From: a virus | IMG/VR virus record: IMGVR_UViG_3300042301_002170 | Length of the DNA stretch: 64,000 nucleotides | Direction: 5' to 3' (one strand) | Shown here: positions 1-10,235 of the stretch, in pieces | How positions within the stretch are numbered: position 1 is the first letter of the stretch | Layout of the letters: every line of letters begins with the position of its first letter | Translations under genes and position numbers: made by a program | Notes under the pieces: model-generated | Seen by the model: the letters and a program-made list of their open reading frames with translations, nothing else | Database searches by the model: none | What the model was told of the DNA's origin: nothing

Positions 1-2
1 TG

Positions 3-563
3 TTAAAATTAAAAATAAAATATAAAACACAATCACCTGTTTGTTCATTTAATATTTTAAGATTCCCATCATTTCAATCAATTGTAACTTTACCGAAAGA
101 AATTCGTTTAGAAAGAGCGGATGCAATTGAAGCATGGATTAATAAAAATTGGGATGACGAAAAGAATGGATTTATTGCTTGGGAAAAAGATAGTATGACC
201 CGATTAGTCACATATATTAGACAAATAGAAACCGGTCACGCTTTCACTTCATCTATACAAACTAGAGAAAGAGATTTTAAATCATTTTATACTCAATATG
301 ATGTTAGAAGAAAGAAAAACTTCATTGAAACGTTTCCACAATTAAAAGAATGGTGGGATTCTATTCCAGAAACTGTTATCAAACCACTTTCAAAAGCATT
401 AGATGGTGATGATGCTAAATCAAATCGATATGTTGATGAAGTAATGAAAACTGCCAAAAAAGAAGGTTGGGTATTAAATCCACAATGGCATAATCCAGGT
501 TCTCAAGAATATATTGAACCGGATATTCAAGATGATGTGTTAGATTATATTAAAAATTCATAA
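3..563 (+). CDS. Radical SAM family protein, C-terminal part (5' truncated by window edge)
   Basis: Frame is open from base 3 (LKLKIKYK...NILRFPSFQSIVTLPKEIR...), upstream of the tracked ATG at 195. The C-terminal DFKSFYTQYDVRRKKNFIETFPQL resembles tails of phage radical SAM proteins. Two radical SAM genes follow. The CxxxCxxC motif is not inside the window. Confidence 0.55.
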   Translation, partial: LKLKIKYKTQSPVCSFNILRFPSFQSIVTLPKEIRLERADAIEAWINKNWDDEKNGFIAWEKDSMTRLVTYIRQIETGHAFTSSIQTRERDFKSFYTQYDVRRKKNFIETFPQLKEWWDSIPETVIKPLSKALDGDDAKSNRYVDEVMKTAKKEGWVLNPQWHNPGSQEYIEPDIQDDVLDYIKNS

Positions 564-580
564 GCTAAAAAATATTTTAA

Positions 581-1789
581 TTGATGGAATTAAGTAATTT
601 GATAACATGTTTGGATTTTGAAATATCATCCATATGTAACGCCGGTTGTTCAGTTTGCCCTCGTGGCAGTATTGGATTTTATCAGCCATTTACCCAAACG
701 TATTGGCGAATTGAAGAAGTAAAGGCTCATATTGATTTAGAAATAATTCAAAATTTAAAAAATCTCATTCTATGTGGTAATTTTGGAGACCCTATGGGAA
801 ATCCTGATATTGTTAAAATAGTTAGATATTTTAAAGAAATTAATCCAAGTATAAATGTCAATATTAGTACAAATGGTAGTATTGGTAATTCTGCAGATTA
901 CGCAGAACTAGCAGAACTTGGTGTTGGAATGCGAGTTGGATTAGATGGTGTAGGTGAATTTAATGAATTGTATAGAGTAAATACTAAATGGGATAAAATA
1001 TTAGAAAATTTAAATTCATTTGCATCAAAATCTCCCAAACAGCATCAATTAGAAATACAATTTCTTATGTGGGCCGAAACAACAAATCAAATTATTCCAA
1101 TGATTGATTTTATAAAATCTATTGGATTTGGTAGATTGTCGTTAAGAAAACCAATAACAATAGGAATTAAAACAGAGGTATTTGATATACATGGTGCATC
1201 AACTCATTTTTTGACGGAAATAAAAAATATTAAATTAAAAAAATATTTAGATACTAATTGGAAGTTTAATGAATTAGATAAACTTAAATTAGAATTATCT
1301 AAAATAGATTCAATAGAATCTTCATTAGAAATGGGTAATTTTTTAATAAAAAAAACCAAAAATCAATGGCCAAAAAATGATTATAAAAAAAGTGATGTAA
1401 TATTTAAAGAAGAAGATATTATTAAATTTAATTCTACAACAAATCAAACTTGCTTTTCAAAAAACAGAAGAAATCCTTATAATTTATCAGATAATGACTT
1501 TAATATATTTATAACACATGATAAATTATTAATGCCATGTTGTATGATACCACCACAAATTTCAACATCAATACACCACCATACTGGACAAGAATCACCA
1601 ATACAAAAAGAAGTTTTAAATAAAATGTTAGAAATTGGTTTTGAAAAATTTTCACTAAAAAATACAACATTAAAAAATATATTTAATAGCGGTGTGTTAC
1701 ATGAATTTGTATATAATGATTTAGTAAATGAGACACCATTAAAAATATGTAAAACTATTTGTGGAAAATGTGAACCAAAATTAATATGA
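581..1789 (+). CDS. Radical SAM protein with C-terminal Cys-rich (SPASM/twitch-like) region
   Basis: CNAGCSVC (CxxxCxxC), CGNFGDP, STNGS; C-terminal C..PCC and CKTICGKC. Likely ATG start at 584. Confidence 0.85.
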   Translation: MMELSNLITCLDFEISSICNAGCSVCPRGSIGFYQPFTQTYWRIEEVKAHIDLEIIQNLKNLILCGNFGDPMGNPDIVKIVRYFKEINPSINVNISTNGSIGNSADYAELAELGVGMRVGLDGVGEFNELYRVNTKWDKILENLNSFASKSPKQHQLEIQFLMWAETTNQIIPMIDFIKSIGFGRLSLRKPITIGIKTEVFDIHGASTHFLTEIKNIKLKKYLDTNWKFNELDKLKLELSKIDSIESSLEMGNFLIKKTKNQWPKNDYKKSDVIFKEEDIIKFNSTTNQTCFSKNRRNPYNLSDNDFNIFITHDKLLMPCCMIPPQISTSIHHHTGQESPIQKEVLNKMLEIGFEKFSLKNTTLKNIFNSGVLHEFVYNDLVNETPLKICKTICGKCEPKLI

Positions 1790-2997
1790 AAATAAAACCA
1801 TCGGAAGGTAATAACGCATTTTGTACATTACCATTTATACATTTAGCTACACACCCAATTGGAACAGTAACACCCTGTTGTATTACTGATATGAAAAATG
1901 GTGTCAGTACTGCAAAGAAAGCAGATGGTATTAATCTATTTTTAAATAACGATAAATTAGAAGATATAACAAATTCAAAACTATTCAATGATATTAGAAA
2001 ACAAATGATTAGTAATGAATATCCTAATGTTTGTAAAGGGTGTTATAAATATGAAAACGATGGAGTTACTAGTAGAAGAATACAAAGTAATTTACAATTT
2101 AAAAATATAATAGATGCTTCATATGCAAATACAAACGAAGATGGTTCATTAAAAGAATTAGATTATCGATATATTGAATTAAGATTGGGTACTATTTGTA
2201 ATTTAAAATGTATAACTTGTAATCCATTTAGTAGCAATAAATGGAATGAGGATGTTGGTATTTTTAAAGGTACTGAATTTGAATTGGATTATTTTAAAAA
2301 TGAAGTTAAAACAGAATGGTATAGAAATTCAAATTTTTATGATGAGTTGTTTGAAAAATGCACGAATTTAGAAGAAATTTGGGTAAATGGTGGTGAACCA
2401 ACGTTGATTAGAGAACATGGTTATTTTTTAAAAAAATTAATTAATAGTGGTAGAGCTAAAAATATTAATTTACATTATAGTATAAATGCTACAAATATAC
2501 CAGATGAACTCATTGAAATTTGGAAACAATTTAAAAATACCAAATTGCAATTATCCGTAGATGACCTTTATAAAAGAAATGATTATATTAGGACGGGTTC
2601 TAAATGGGATGTTATACATAGCAATATTTTAAAAATGGCTAAATATAAAAATATTTTTAGAATTGAAATTTGTCAAACGGTTAGTATGTTAAATGCTCAT
2701 AATGTAGATAATTTTAAAAAATACGTTATTGATTTAGATTTAATAATTGCATATAACTATGTACACCATCCACTATTTTTTCATATATCAAATCTGCCAA
2801 AAGAATTAAAAGAAAATATTTTAAGTAATATAAAATATTTAACAAACGAAGAATTAGTTAGGTTTGAATCAGAAATTAATACAAATGGTAGTATTGAAAA
2901 TTTTAAAAAATTTAAAACTTTTATTTCAATCTTGGATAAAAAACGAAATGTTTATATTGGAGACTATTTAAAAGAATGGGATATTTATTTTAAATAA
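1786..2997 (+). CDS. Twitch/SPASM-domain radical SAM protein
   Basis: N-terminal CTLPF...PCC...CKGC auxiliary cluster motif, then CNLKCITC and NGGEP. ATGA overlap with the upstream gene. Confidence 0.88.
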   Translation: MKIKPSEGNNAFCTLPFIHLATHPIGTVTPCCITDMKNGVSTAKKADGINLFLNNDKLEDITNSKLFNDIRKQMISNEYPNVCKGCYKYENDGVTSRRIQSNLQFKNIIDASYANTNEDGSLKELDYRYIELRLGTICNLKCITCNPFSSNKWNEDVGIFKGTEFELDYFKNEVKTEWYRNSNFYDELFEKCTNLEEIWVNGGEPTLIREHGYFLKKLINSGRAKNINLHYSINATNIPDELIEIWKQFKNTKLQLSVDDLYKRNDYIRTGSKWDVIHSNILKMAKYKNIFRIEICQTVSMLNAHNVDNFKKYVIDLDLIIAYNYVHHPLFFHISNLPKELKENILSNIKYLTNEELVRFESEINTNGSIENFKKFKTFISILDKKRNVYIGDYLKEWDIYFK

Positions 2998-3009
2998 CAA
3001 ATATAGTTT

Positions 3010-4035
3010 ATGACACATTTAATTACATCAGGTTGTTCTTTTACATCCCATTATAGAGTAAATATTCAGAGAAAAGAAGATGAATTTTTAACAGATGCAT
3101 CTGAATTTTGGTATTACACACATTGGATTAAAACATTAAGACCTAAATTTAATGTTTTTAATATGGGTAGTCCGGGTAGCGGTAATTTATTAATTGCAAG
3201 GTCTGCAATATACAAAGCAAAACAATTATTAAAATCTGGAATAAAAGGAGAAGATATATCAATTATAGTTGAATGGTCTAATTTTCATAGAAAAAGTAAT
3301 TTTGTATCTAACGATATTATAGATAGAATGCCTTTAGAAACACATGAAAATTACGCAATAGATTTTATAAATGAAAAAGAATATCCTGGACAAAAAGGAT
3401 ACTGGTTAACTTTTGCAAATCCAGATATGAGTCAATCTTCTTTTGTAAAATTAAATAGAAAGGTATATGATTATACTAAAATTTATTTAAATACATTATA
3501 CAATGATGAAGAAAGATTTATAGAATGGTTAGAATATTTTGATTATTTAATAACATTTTGTGAATTGCATAAAATAAAATTAAAATCATTTTTTATGCAT
3601 AATCCGTTTTCGTTAGCATACAAATACGGCCTGGTCCCGTATGATTACAACACACCGGAAGAAATGATAGACGGTTTATTTGTACAAAGAAAAATTCATA
3701 ATACTTGGAGTGATACGGAAGATAAAATACTAAATAAATTTCCATGGGCAGCTCATTTATATAAAGGAATAGATTGGGAAAAATATTGTTGGTTCTATAA
3801 TGAAGAACAAATGCATAGAAACGGTGGAGTATTAGAATGGGCAGTTAGAAATCAATTAAAGAGTTCGGATGAGGAATTTAATCCATTATTTCAAGAATAT
3901 GAACAATATGGCTCTCAAACGGAAATTGAAAATAAATTAAAAGAAGGACATGCAAGTTGTTGGGGGCACGTTAGTAGTTGTAATTATAAAAAATTTACAG
4001 AAGAAATAATTTTAAATTGGGAAATGTTTAAATAA
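3010..4035 (+). CDS. SGNH/GDSL-like hydrolase or acyltransferase (phage hypothetical)
   Basis: N-terminal ITSGCSFT (block I-like), GSPGSGN oxyanion-like segment, C-terminal WGHVS His. Confidence 0.5.
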   Translation: MTHLITSGCSFTSHYRVNIQRKEDEFLTDASEFWYYTHWIKTLRPKFNVFNMGSPGSGNLLIARSAIYKAKQLLKSGIKGEDISIIVEWSNFHRKSNFVSNDIIDRMPLETHENYAIDFINEKEYPGQKGYWLTFANPDMSQSSFVKLNRKVYDYTKIYLNTLYNDEERFIEWLEYFDYLITFCELHKIKLKSFFMHNPFSLAYKYGLVPYDYNTPEEMIDGLFVQRKIHNTWSDTEDKILNKFPWAAHLYKGIDWEKYCWFYNEEQMHRNGGVLEWAVRNQLKSSDEEFNPLFQEYEQYGSQTEIENKLKEGHASCWGHVSSCNYKKFTEEIILNWEMFK

Positions 4036-5126
4036 TGGTAGGTATAATATATAAAAATGATGGAGAGAATATATCAATTGTAGAAGATATTGAATGCAAC
4101 ATACCTAAAAATGATATATTTAAAAATATACCAAATAATACATTATTAGTTAGTACGGTGAATTCATTTGGGTTTGCATTTACAGAATTTAAAAATATAG
4201 AAAAATTTTGTGAGGTAATAAATGAATATGAATCAAAATATAACAAAGTAGATAATATATTAATTGACTTTAATGAAATTATGGTAGATGAATCTGGTAT
4301 AGATTCATTTTCTAATACCATAAATAAAAAATGTTATTATTCAAATTTTGATATGATTCATTCAAATGGTATTAATAAATTTTATATTCCATGTTCTTTA
4401 TATTCTCAACTTGAATTTTTATTATCTACTGATTATTTGAATGCCAAATCTTTTTTGGAAAAAATGAATAGAATTTATAAGGAATTTAGAAAACCTCATA
4501 AATTAATATTTTATTCAAACCATATTAGTCCAGTTAGAATTGATATTTTTAATATTTTAAAAGAAACTGATAATTTAAAAAATAATATATGGTCATTTAC
4601 AGGTGTAAAAGAATATTATTCAGATAGAAAACACAATATTGAAGAGTTTCTTAAAGAAAATGAAGGTATAATTCCATTTTCATACGATAAATTTAATCAA
4701 GAAACAATAATATTAAAACACACATATATTTCTCAATTTTTAGCATATTTTGAAATAGTAACGGAATCTTATTTTTTTAAAGATGTAAAAAACATTAATA
4801 ATTATTGCCCAGTTACTGAAAAAATATTAAAACCAATTGCTTCGTTTTTACCTTTTATACATTTTGGTTCTTCAAATTTAAAAAAATGTTTAGAAGAAAT
4901 AGGAATGACATTTTACTCACCTTTATATGGATTCTATGATATAACAGATGAAGAAGATACACAAAGAGGATTAGAGCATGTTAAAAAATATTCTGAAAAA
5001 AGCATAGATGAATTACATGAAATATATTATATATTCTTACATGAATATTATAATAACTCAAATAAATTTTTAAATTATTTTAATAATAATACAAACCATA
5101 TTTTAAATGTTTTAAATAATGAATAA
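4035..5126 (+). CDS. Putative glycosyltransferase (GT10/fucosyltransferase-like C-terminal motif)
   Basis: FEIVTES...VTEKILKPIASFLPFIHFG resembles the GT10 E-N/S...TEK nucleotide-sugar motif. Paralogous to 10236 and 11420 genes. Confidence 0.45.
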   Translation: MVGIIYKNDGENISIVEDIECNIPKNDIFKNIPNNTLLVSTVNSFGFAFTEFKNIEKFCEVINEYESKYNKVDNILIDFNEIMVDESGIDSFSNTINKKCYYSNFDMIHSNGINKFYIPCSLYSQLEFLLSTDYLNAKSFLEKMNRIYKEFRKPHKLIFYSNHISPVRIDIFNILKETDNLKNNIWSFTGVKEYYSDRKHNIEEFLKENEGIIPFSYDKFNQETIILKHTYISQFLAYFEIVTESYFFKDVKNINNYCPVTEKILKPIASFLPFIHFGSSNLKKCLEEIGMTFYSPLYGFYDITDEEDTQRGLEHVKKYSEKSIDELHEIYYIFLHEYYNNSNKFLNYFNNNTNHILNVLNNE

Positions 5127-6228
5127 TAAAATACATATTATATTTGCCGGCTGTTCTTTTTCCGATGATGGAAGGCACTATCTTTCAAACTTTGATATAG
5201 ATTCTTTAAATAAAAATAATCCAAATTATTTAGAACATTTAGGATTACCAAATACTATAAAATTACAAAAATTTTTAGCATTAGATTTGATTAATCAAAA
5301 TATAACAAATATACATATACACCCAATAGCAAGGGGTTCATACGGAAACCATGTAATATACGATAAATTAAAACAAAAAATAAATGAATTAAAAGAATCT
5401 AATCCAAATGAAAAAATATACGCAGTTATACAATTAAGTGCATTTTTAAGAAGAACTCCACATAATAGTATTCAACTTGGATTAGATATTAATATAGAAG
5501 ATTATCCATATGATTATATGGATTTAGTTACAGAAATTACAAACTTAGGATGCAGAGATATATTTGTAAAACATTTTCAGAATATAGAAAACATATCAAA
5601 TTTTTGTAAAGAAAACGATGTTGAAAATTATATGTTTTTTGGTTGGGCAAATATTTTTACATATGACGTAACTAAGTATGGTTTTAAAAATGAAATAGAA
5701 CGATTGCAAAAAATTGTAAATTTTTATCCATATAAAGAAAGTAATGATGAAATTGCCAATTATTGCGCAGGACAAAAAGAATTAAAAAAAGTTAAAGATG
5801 AAACTGGCAAAACGTTATACATTACACCACCAGACAATTATGGAGGACTTACGGAATATACTAGAGAACGATTAAACGTTGGTGAAAGATATTTTTTTGA
5901 TAAAGACCCACACCCAAGTACTGCTGCTTATAATTTATTTTACAATGAATTATTAAAAAAATGGTTTATTGAAAAAAACATAATAAATGATATAGAATTG
6001 GATGAATTTAATAAACAAACTATAGAGTCTGTTTTATATTACGAATATAATAGATACGTTAATTTATTTAATTATACACATGAAAATGTTGGAGAAATAT
6101 GTTTTGAAACGCATAATTTTTTAAGAGAAAAAGAATTTAATAAAAAAAATATAAAAGAATTTATAATGTATTTAAACGATAATAGTAAAACTATAATACT
6201 TAATAATAAACAAAACAGGTTATCATGA
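5119..6228 (+). CDS. SGNH/GDSL-like hydrolase or acyltransferase (phage hypothetical)
   Basis: FAGCSFS near the N-terminus, ARGSYGN, DPHPS near the C-terminus. Confidence 0.5.
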   Translation: MNNKIHIIFAGCSFSDDGRHYLSNFDIDSLNKNNPNYLEHLGLPNTIKLQKFLALDLINQNITNIHIHPIARGSYGNHVIYDKLKQKINELKESNPNEKIYAVIQLSAFLRRTPHNSIQLGLDINIEDYPYDYMDLVTEITNLGCRDIFVKHFQNIENISNFCKENDVENYMFFGWANIFTYDVTKYGFKNEIERLQKIVNFYPYKESNDEIANYCAGQKELKKVKDETGKTLYITPPDNYGGLTEYTRERLNVGERYFFDKDPHPSTAAYNLFYNELLKKWFIEKNIINDIELDEFNKQTIESVLYYEYNRYVNLFNYTHENVGEICFETHNFLREKEFNKKNIKEFIMYLNDNSKTIILNNKQNRLS

Positions 6229-6998
6229 AACACCTTACAAATGAAGAAATCCAACAAATAACATTTGATTGGAGATACAGAGGATTTACTGTATTAGAAT
6301 TATTAACCGAAGATGAATGTGATGAAATTAATGAAGAATTAGATTCATTAAGAGTAGCAAGAATCGGCACTACAACTGATGATGGTAAATTATGGGGAGA
6401 TTATGACCCATTTGCATATCCACACAAATTATCACCAAAGTTAGAAAAATTATTTGTACATCCCAAATTAATAGAGGCTTGTGAATTCTTAATGGAAGAT
6501 AAAATTGATGGAATGCAAACATGGAGTTATTTCAAACCACCGGGACAATTGGGTAGAGATATGCATCAAAACGCATTCTACACAGGGTGCGGACACAATG
6601 AAATTATCAATACTGCATTAGCATTGGATAATCACGACTCTGAAAATGGAGCAGTTTGGAATTATGAAGGTTCGCATCGTTTACCAACATTACCAATTGA
6701 AGTAGATAATGAAAGAACAAAAACAAATCCATCATTTTGGAGAAATGAGAGAGGTAAACCGTGTATTATGCCAACAGGACATGATTTCCGTAAAGCAGAA
6801 GGTTACTTAAAAAAAGGACAAGTTGCATTACTACATTCTCACGTTGTACATGGTTCTGAAACAAATAACTCAAACAGATTCAGAAGAAACTTTTTAGGAG
6901 GATATTTAAAACAAGGGGCATACTTTAATCAGGGTAGTCATATGAAAAGAGAACCAATTAATATTTACGAATTACGTGAAAAACATTGGGGAATTTAA
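6225..6998 (+). CDS. Phytanoyl-CoA dioxygenase family (PhyH-like) Fe(II)/2-oxoglutarate dioxygenase
   Basis: FKPPG...HQN, ALALD...ENGAVWNYEGSH, HSHVVHGS..N.SNRFRR: the PhyH HxD/N...H...R layout. Confidence 0.85.
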   Translation: MKHLTNEEIQQITFDWRYRGFTVLELLTEDECDEINEELDSLRVARIGTTTDDGKLWGDYDPFAYPHKLSPKLEKLFVHPKLIEACEFLMEDKIDGMQTWSYFKPPGQLGRDMHQNAFYTGCGHNEIINTALALDNHDSENGAVWNYEGSHRLPTLPIEVDNERTKTNPSFWRNERGKPCIMPTGHDFRKAEGYLKKGQVALLHSHVVHGSETNNSNRFRRNFLGGYLKQGAYFNQGSHMKREPINIYELREKHWGI

Positions 6999-7543
6999 TT
7001 AATATAATACAATTCGGGGTATTCAACTAAACAATGGATACCCCCATTTGTATAAGCATTTTTATAAGCAGGTTCAATATCTTCCCATTTAGTTAAATCA
7101 ACAAAATTTATGTTTTTACACATAGATTTGAATTGCTCAAAGTAGTTTCCTTTATGTTGATGACCGGGGTCTAATGGTTTATCACTACCTTTACCTAATC
7201 TAATAATCATATTTGTTTTCCAATTACCACCACTCATTAGTTCTAATTTATCAACGTGGTTTATAAGTTGATTTGCGGCACATATAATAAAATCCCAACG
7301 AGGGTAGAAAGTAATAACAAATTCATTTGTCATTGCTAATCCTAAACTCATTCCCATTTGAGATTCTTCCATTACTGGAACTTCAATCATTTTTTCTTTA
7401 GGAACTTCTCCTAATGTTGTACTCATAGGATTACCCGCCCATAAAACTTGTTGTCCTATAAATGTGGTGTTAGATTGCTCACCTAAAAATTTCATTGAAT
7501 TTGTAAGTGCATCTTTGTATGGTGTATATTCTGGTTGTGCCAT
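6995..7543 (-). CDS. ThDP-dependent enzyme, E1-beta/transketolase pyrimidine-binding subunit (short, no C-terminal domain)
   Basis: EVPVMEESQMGMSLGLA, QLINH..K, DPGHQH; only 182 aa. Confidence 0.8.
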   Translation of the reverse strand: MAQPEYTPYKDALTNSMKFLGEQSNTTFIGQQVLWAGNPMSTTLGEVPKEKMIEVPVMEESQMGMSLGLAMTNEFVITFYPRWDFIICAANQLINHVDKLELMSGGNWKTNMIIRLGKGSDKPLDPGHQHKGNYFEQFKSMCKNINFVDLTKWEDIEPAYKNAYTNGGIHCLVEYPELYYIN

Positions 7544-7546
7544 ATT

Positions 7547-8524
7547 TTATTTAAATTCGTTTTTGTGTTCTAAATACCAATTATAAGCAAGTTTTAATCC
7601 ATCTTTTAATGGTGTAGTTGCACTCCATCCTAAATTATTATAAATTTTATTAGAATCTATTTTTCTTGTTGGAATCATAGATGGTTTGCCACTAATAAAT
7701 TCAGTTGGTGCATCATAGTTGGCAACTTGTTTCATAATATCTAATACTTCTAATACAGAATATACTGAATTAGAACCAACATTATAAACTTCAAAACCAT
7801 CTTTGATTTCTTTTTCTAAAACAACTTGCAATGCTTCAACAAAATCTTCAATATAAAGTAAATCTCTTAACTCAGAACCATCACCCCAAACAGGAATAGG
7901 ATTCATTTCATCTGCAACTTTTCTAATAGTTGCAGGAGTAACGTGGCATTTATTAAAGTCATATTTGTCGTGAGGACCGTATAAATTGGCAGGTCTTATT
8001 ACAGTTGTTTTCATAGTACGAGGTAGGTGTTTTGCATATAGTTCACATTGAACTTCTGCATATCTTTTCATCCAACCAACTGGAAAATAAACTGGATATG
8101 GTTCATTAAATAAGAAATCAGTTTCAATAACTGCTTCATCTCCCTTTGGTGGATATACAGTATTTGAAGAAATAAAAATATAATGTTTAACAAAGTTTCT
8201 CCAAGCCGCATCAATTAAAAAATTATTCATTGATACGTTGGGTGTAACGTGTGCTAATGGGTCATCTACCGTATCAACTGCGTTTGATGTAGTTGCTGCA
8301 CAATGAAACACAACTTCAACTCCATTAGCAGCATTTAAACAACCATCGTATGTTTGTAAATCAAAGTGAGTATATTCTACAGAATTTATAGATTTTCTTA
8401 CACCTCTTTTGTGTAGATTGACTCTAATATTTGTATAACCTTCTTTTATCAATCTATTTGTTAGATTTTGACCAACCAAACCAGAACCACCTGTGATAAG
8501 GATTTTTGAACTTTTATTTATCAT
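7547..8524 (-). CDS. NAD-dependent epimerase/reductase (GDP-L-fucose synthase-like extended SDR)
   Basis: ITGGSGLVG Rossmann motif, YFPVGWMKR (YxxxK-like), RPANLYGPHD, VWGDGSELRDLLYIEDF. Confidence 0.88.
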   Translation of the reverse strand: MINKSSKILITGGSGLVGQNLTNRLIKEGYTNIRVNLHKRGVRKSINSVEYTHFDLQTYDGCLNAANGVEVVFHCAATTSNAVDTVDDPLAHVTPNVSMNNFLIDAAWRNFVKHYIFISSNTVYPPKGDEAVIETDFLFNEPYPVYFPVGWMKRYAEVQCELYAKHLPRTMKTTVIRPANLYGPHDKYDFNKCHVTPATIRKVADEMNPIPVWGDGSELRDLLYIEDFVEALQVVLEKEIKDGFEVYNVGSNSVYSVLEVLDIMKQVANYDAPTEFISGKPSMIPTRKIDSNKIYNNLGWSATTPLKDGLKLAYNWYLEHKNEFK

Positions 8525-9294
8525 AATATTTTATTGTTTTTTATGTAACCGTATAACTCTTCACTTATTAATTTATAACCTTCCAAATTTGGATGTCTGG
8601 ATGCTTTTGATTCAAATTGTGTATCTTGATTTTCCCAAACATTAACTTCTTTAATTTTATTTAAATAATCTCCAAATGCTTGTTTATTAAATTCCCAATA
8701 TTTTGATTTATCTATTAGGTTGGTAATATCATCTTTTTTATCTAAATCAATTAACATACTTTCAAAACTATCACACATTATGTAATTAATATTATAATGC
8801 TTAAATAATTTTTGAATAAAAATAATGTAATTTTGGTTTACAATATTATAGTAGTTCTGATTAAACATTTCTCCAATAAAAAATTGTTTATATTTTGTAA
8901 AAAAAGAATCATATAATGTATTACCACTACTGTATGAATTGATAAATTTATGTGGTTCTTCAATTAGGTGTTTAACAGACCATGTAATCCACTCACCATC
9001 TGGTAAAAATGGAACATAATCTCTTAGAGAAGAACTCCACATTATAACAACAAAATCATTATTTTTTATTTTTTCGGATTGAACATCTGAAACAATTTGA
9101 TTAAATATTTTATTATTAGCATTACCACTAACTCCGTTGTTTATAAACGGCACATTTAGTTTATCTGCTAAAAATTTAACCCAACTATTTTCTTTACGAT
9201 ATGCTGGTCTTTCTTCTTTAGATAACGAATCTTCAACTAATCTATTACATCCTTGTCCTTCCGTCCAACTATCGCCATATACGTGTAATATCAT
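8521..9294 (-). CDS. SGNH/GDSL-like hydrolase or acyltransferase
   Basis: VYGDSWTEG (GDS motif), NNGVSGNAN, C-terminal RHPNLEGY. Confidence 0.65.
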   Translation of the reverse strand: MILHVYGDSWTEGQGCNRLVEDSLSKEERPAYRKENSWVKFLADKLNVPFINNGVSGNANNKIFNQIVSDVQSEKIKNNDFVVIMWSSSLRDYVPFLPDGEWITWSVKHLIEEPHKFINSYSSGNTLYDSFFTKYKQFFIGEMFNQNYYNIVNQNYIIFIQKLFKHYNINYIMCDSFESMLIDLDKKDDITNLIDKSKYWEFNKQAFGDYLNKIKEVNVWENQDTQFESKASRHPNLEGYKLISEELYGYIKNNKIL

Positions 9295-10226
9295 AATAAC
9301 TTATTTATATAGTAATCATATGTAATTTCCAATGCTTTTTCAAAACCAAGAACTGGAAGTAATCCTATTTGGGTTTGTTTAGTAATATCCATCTGTCTTC
9401 TTAAATCTCCATTTGGTTTACTACTATCCCAATTTATAGATATTGGTTTTTTACTTATTTTGATTAAAGTTTCAATCATTTGTTTTATGGTAATTTCTTC
9501 ACCTGCACCGAAGTTAATTGTAGTGTGAATTTTATCCGTATATAGTTTTAAAATAGCATCGGCAACATCACCTGCATAAACAAAATCTCTAATAGGAGAA
9601 CCATCACCCCATGCTTCAATTGAATGGGTTGCTTCATAAATCTTTTTTATAGTTGATGAAATAACCGTACCATTACCACTAAAATCATCGTATTCACCAA
9701 ATATATTAGCAGGTCTTATAATACTCCATTTATCATATCCATATTGAACTTTATATGATTCTAATAAAATTTCACCCATTCTTTTACTCCAAGATGGAAA
9801 CCAATCGGATTCACTTGGTAATGATTTCCAAACATCATCTTCTACAAATTTTTCTGATGGAGAATAAACACCAACTGAACTTACAAATATTAACCATATA
9901 TTATGTTTAGAACATTGGTTAATTATTTCAGTATTAATTTTAAATGATGGGTATAAAAAATCAACAGGTTTTTCTTTTGCTCTAATTGGAGAACCCTTTA
10001 TACCAAAGCAATTAAAAACAACATCAGGAGATTCATAAAAAAATAAATTCTTTATATTTTCTTCTATTGTTAAATCTAATTCGTAAAATGTAAATTTATC
10101 AGATATTGGTAAATTATTGGAATATTTAACATCAACTCCAATTACATCATAACCATCATTTAAACATTTTTTTACTAAATGGACACCAACTAAACCACTA
10201 CAACCTGTTATTAAAACTTTTTTCAT
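9291..10226 (-). CDS. NAD-dependent epimerase/reductase (GDP-L-fucose synthase-like extended SDR)
   Basis: ITGCSGLVG, SSVGVY, WSKRMGE, RPANIFGEYD, WGDGSPIRDFVYAGDVA. Confidence 0.88.
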   Translation of the reverse strand: MKKVLITGCSGLVGVHLVKKCLNDGYDVIGVDVKYSNNLPISDKFTFYELDLTIEENIKNLFFYESPDVVFNCFGIKGSPIRAKEKPVDFLYPSFKINTEIINQCSKHNIWLIFVSSVGVYSPSEKFVEDDVWKSLPSESDWFPSWSKRMGEILLESYKVQYGYDKWSIIRPANIFGEYDDFSGNGTVISSTIKKIYEATHSIEAWGDGSPIRDFVYAGDVADAILKLYTDKIHTTINFGAGEEITIKQMIETLIKISKKPISINWDSSKPNGDLRRQMDITKQTQIGLLPVLGFEKALEITYDYYINKLL

Positions 10227-10235
10227 ATTATATTT

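Noticed and set aside
7016-7044. Hairpin GGGGTATTC/GGATACCCC just past the PhyH stop as a terminator
   Set aside because: It has an 11-nt loop, no U-tract, and lies within the antisense E1-beta coding sequence; not enough support.
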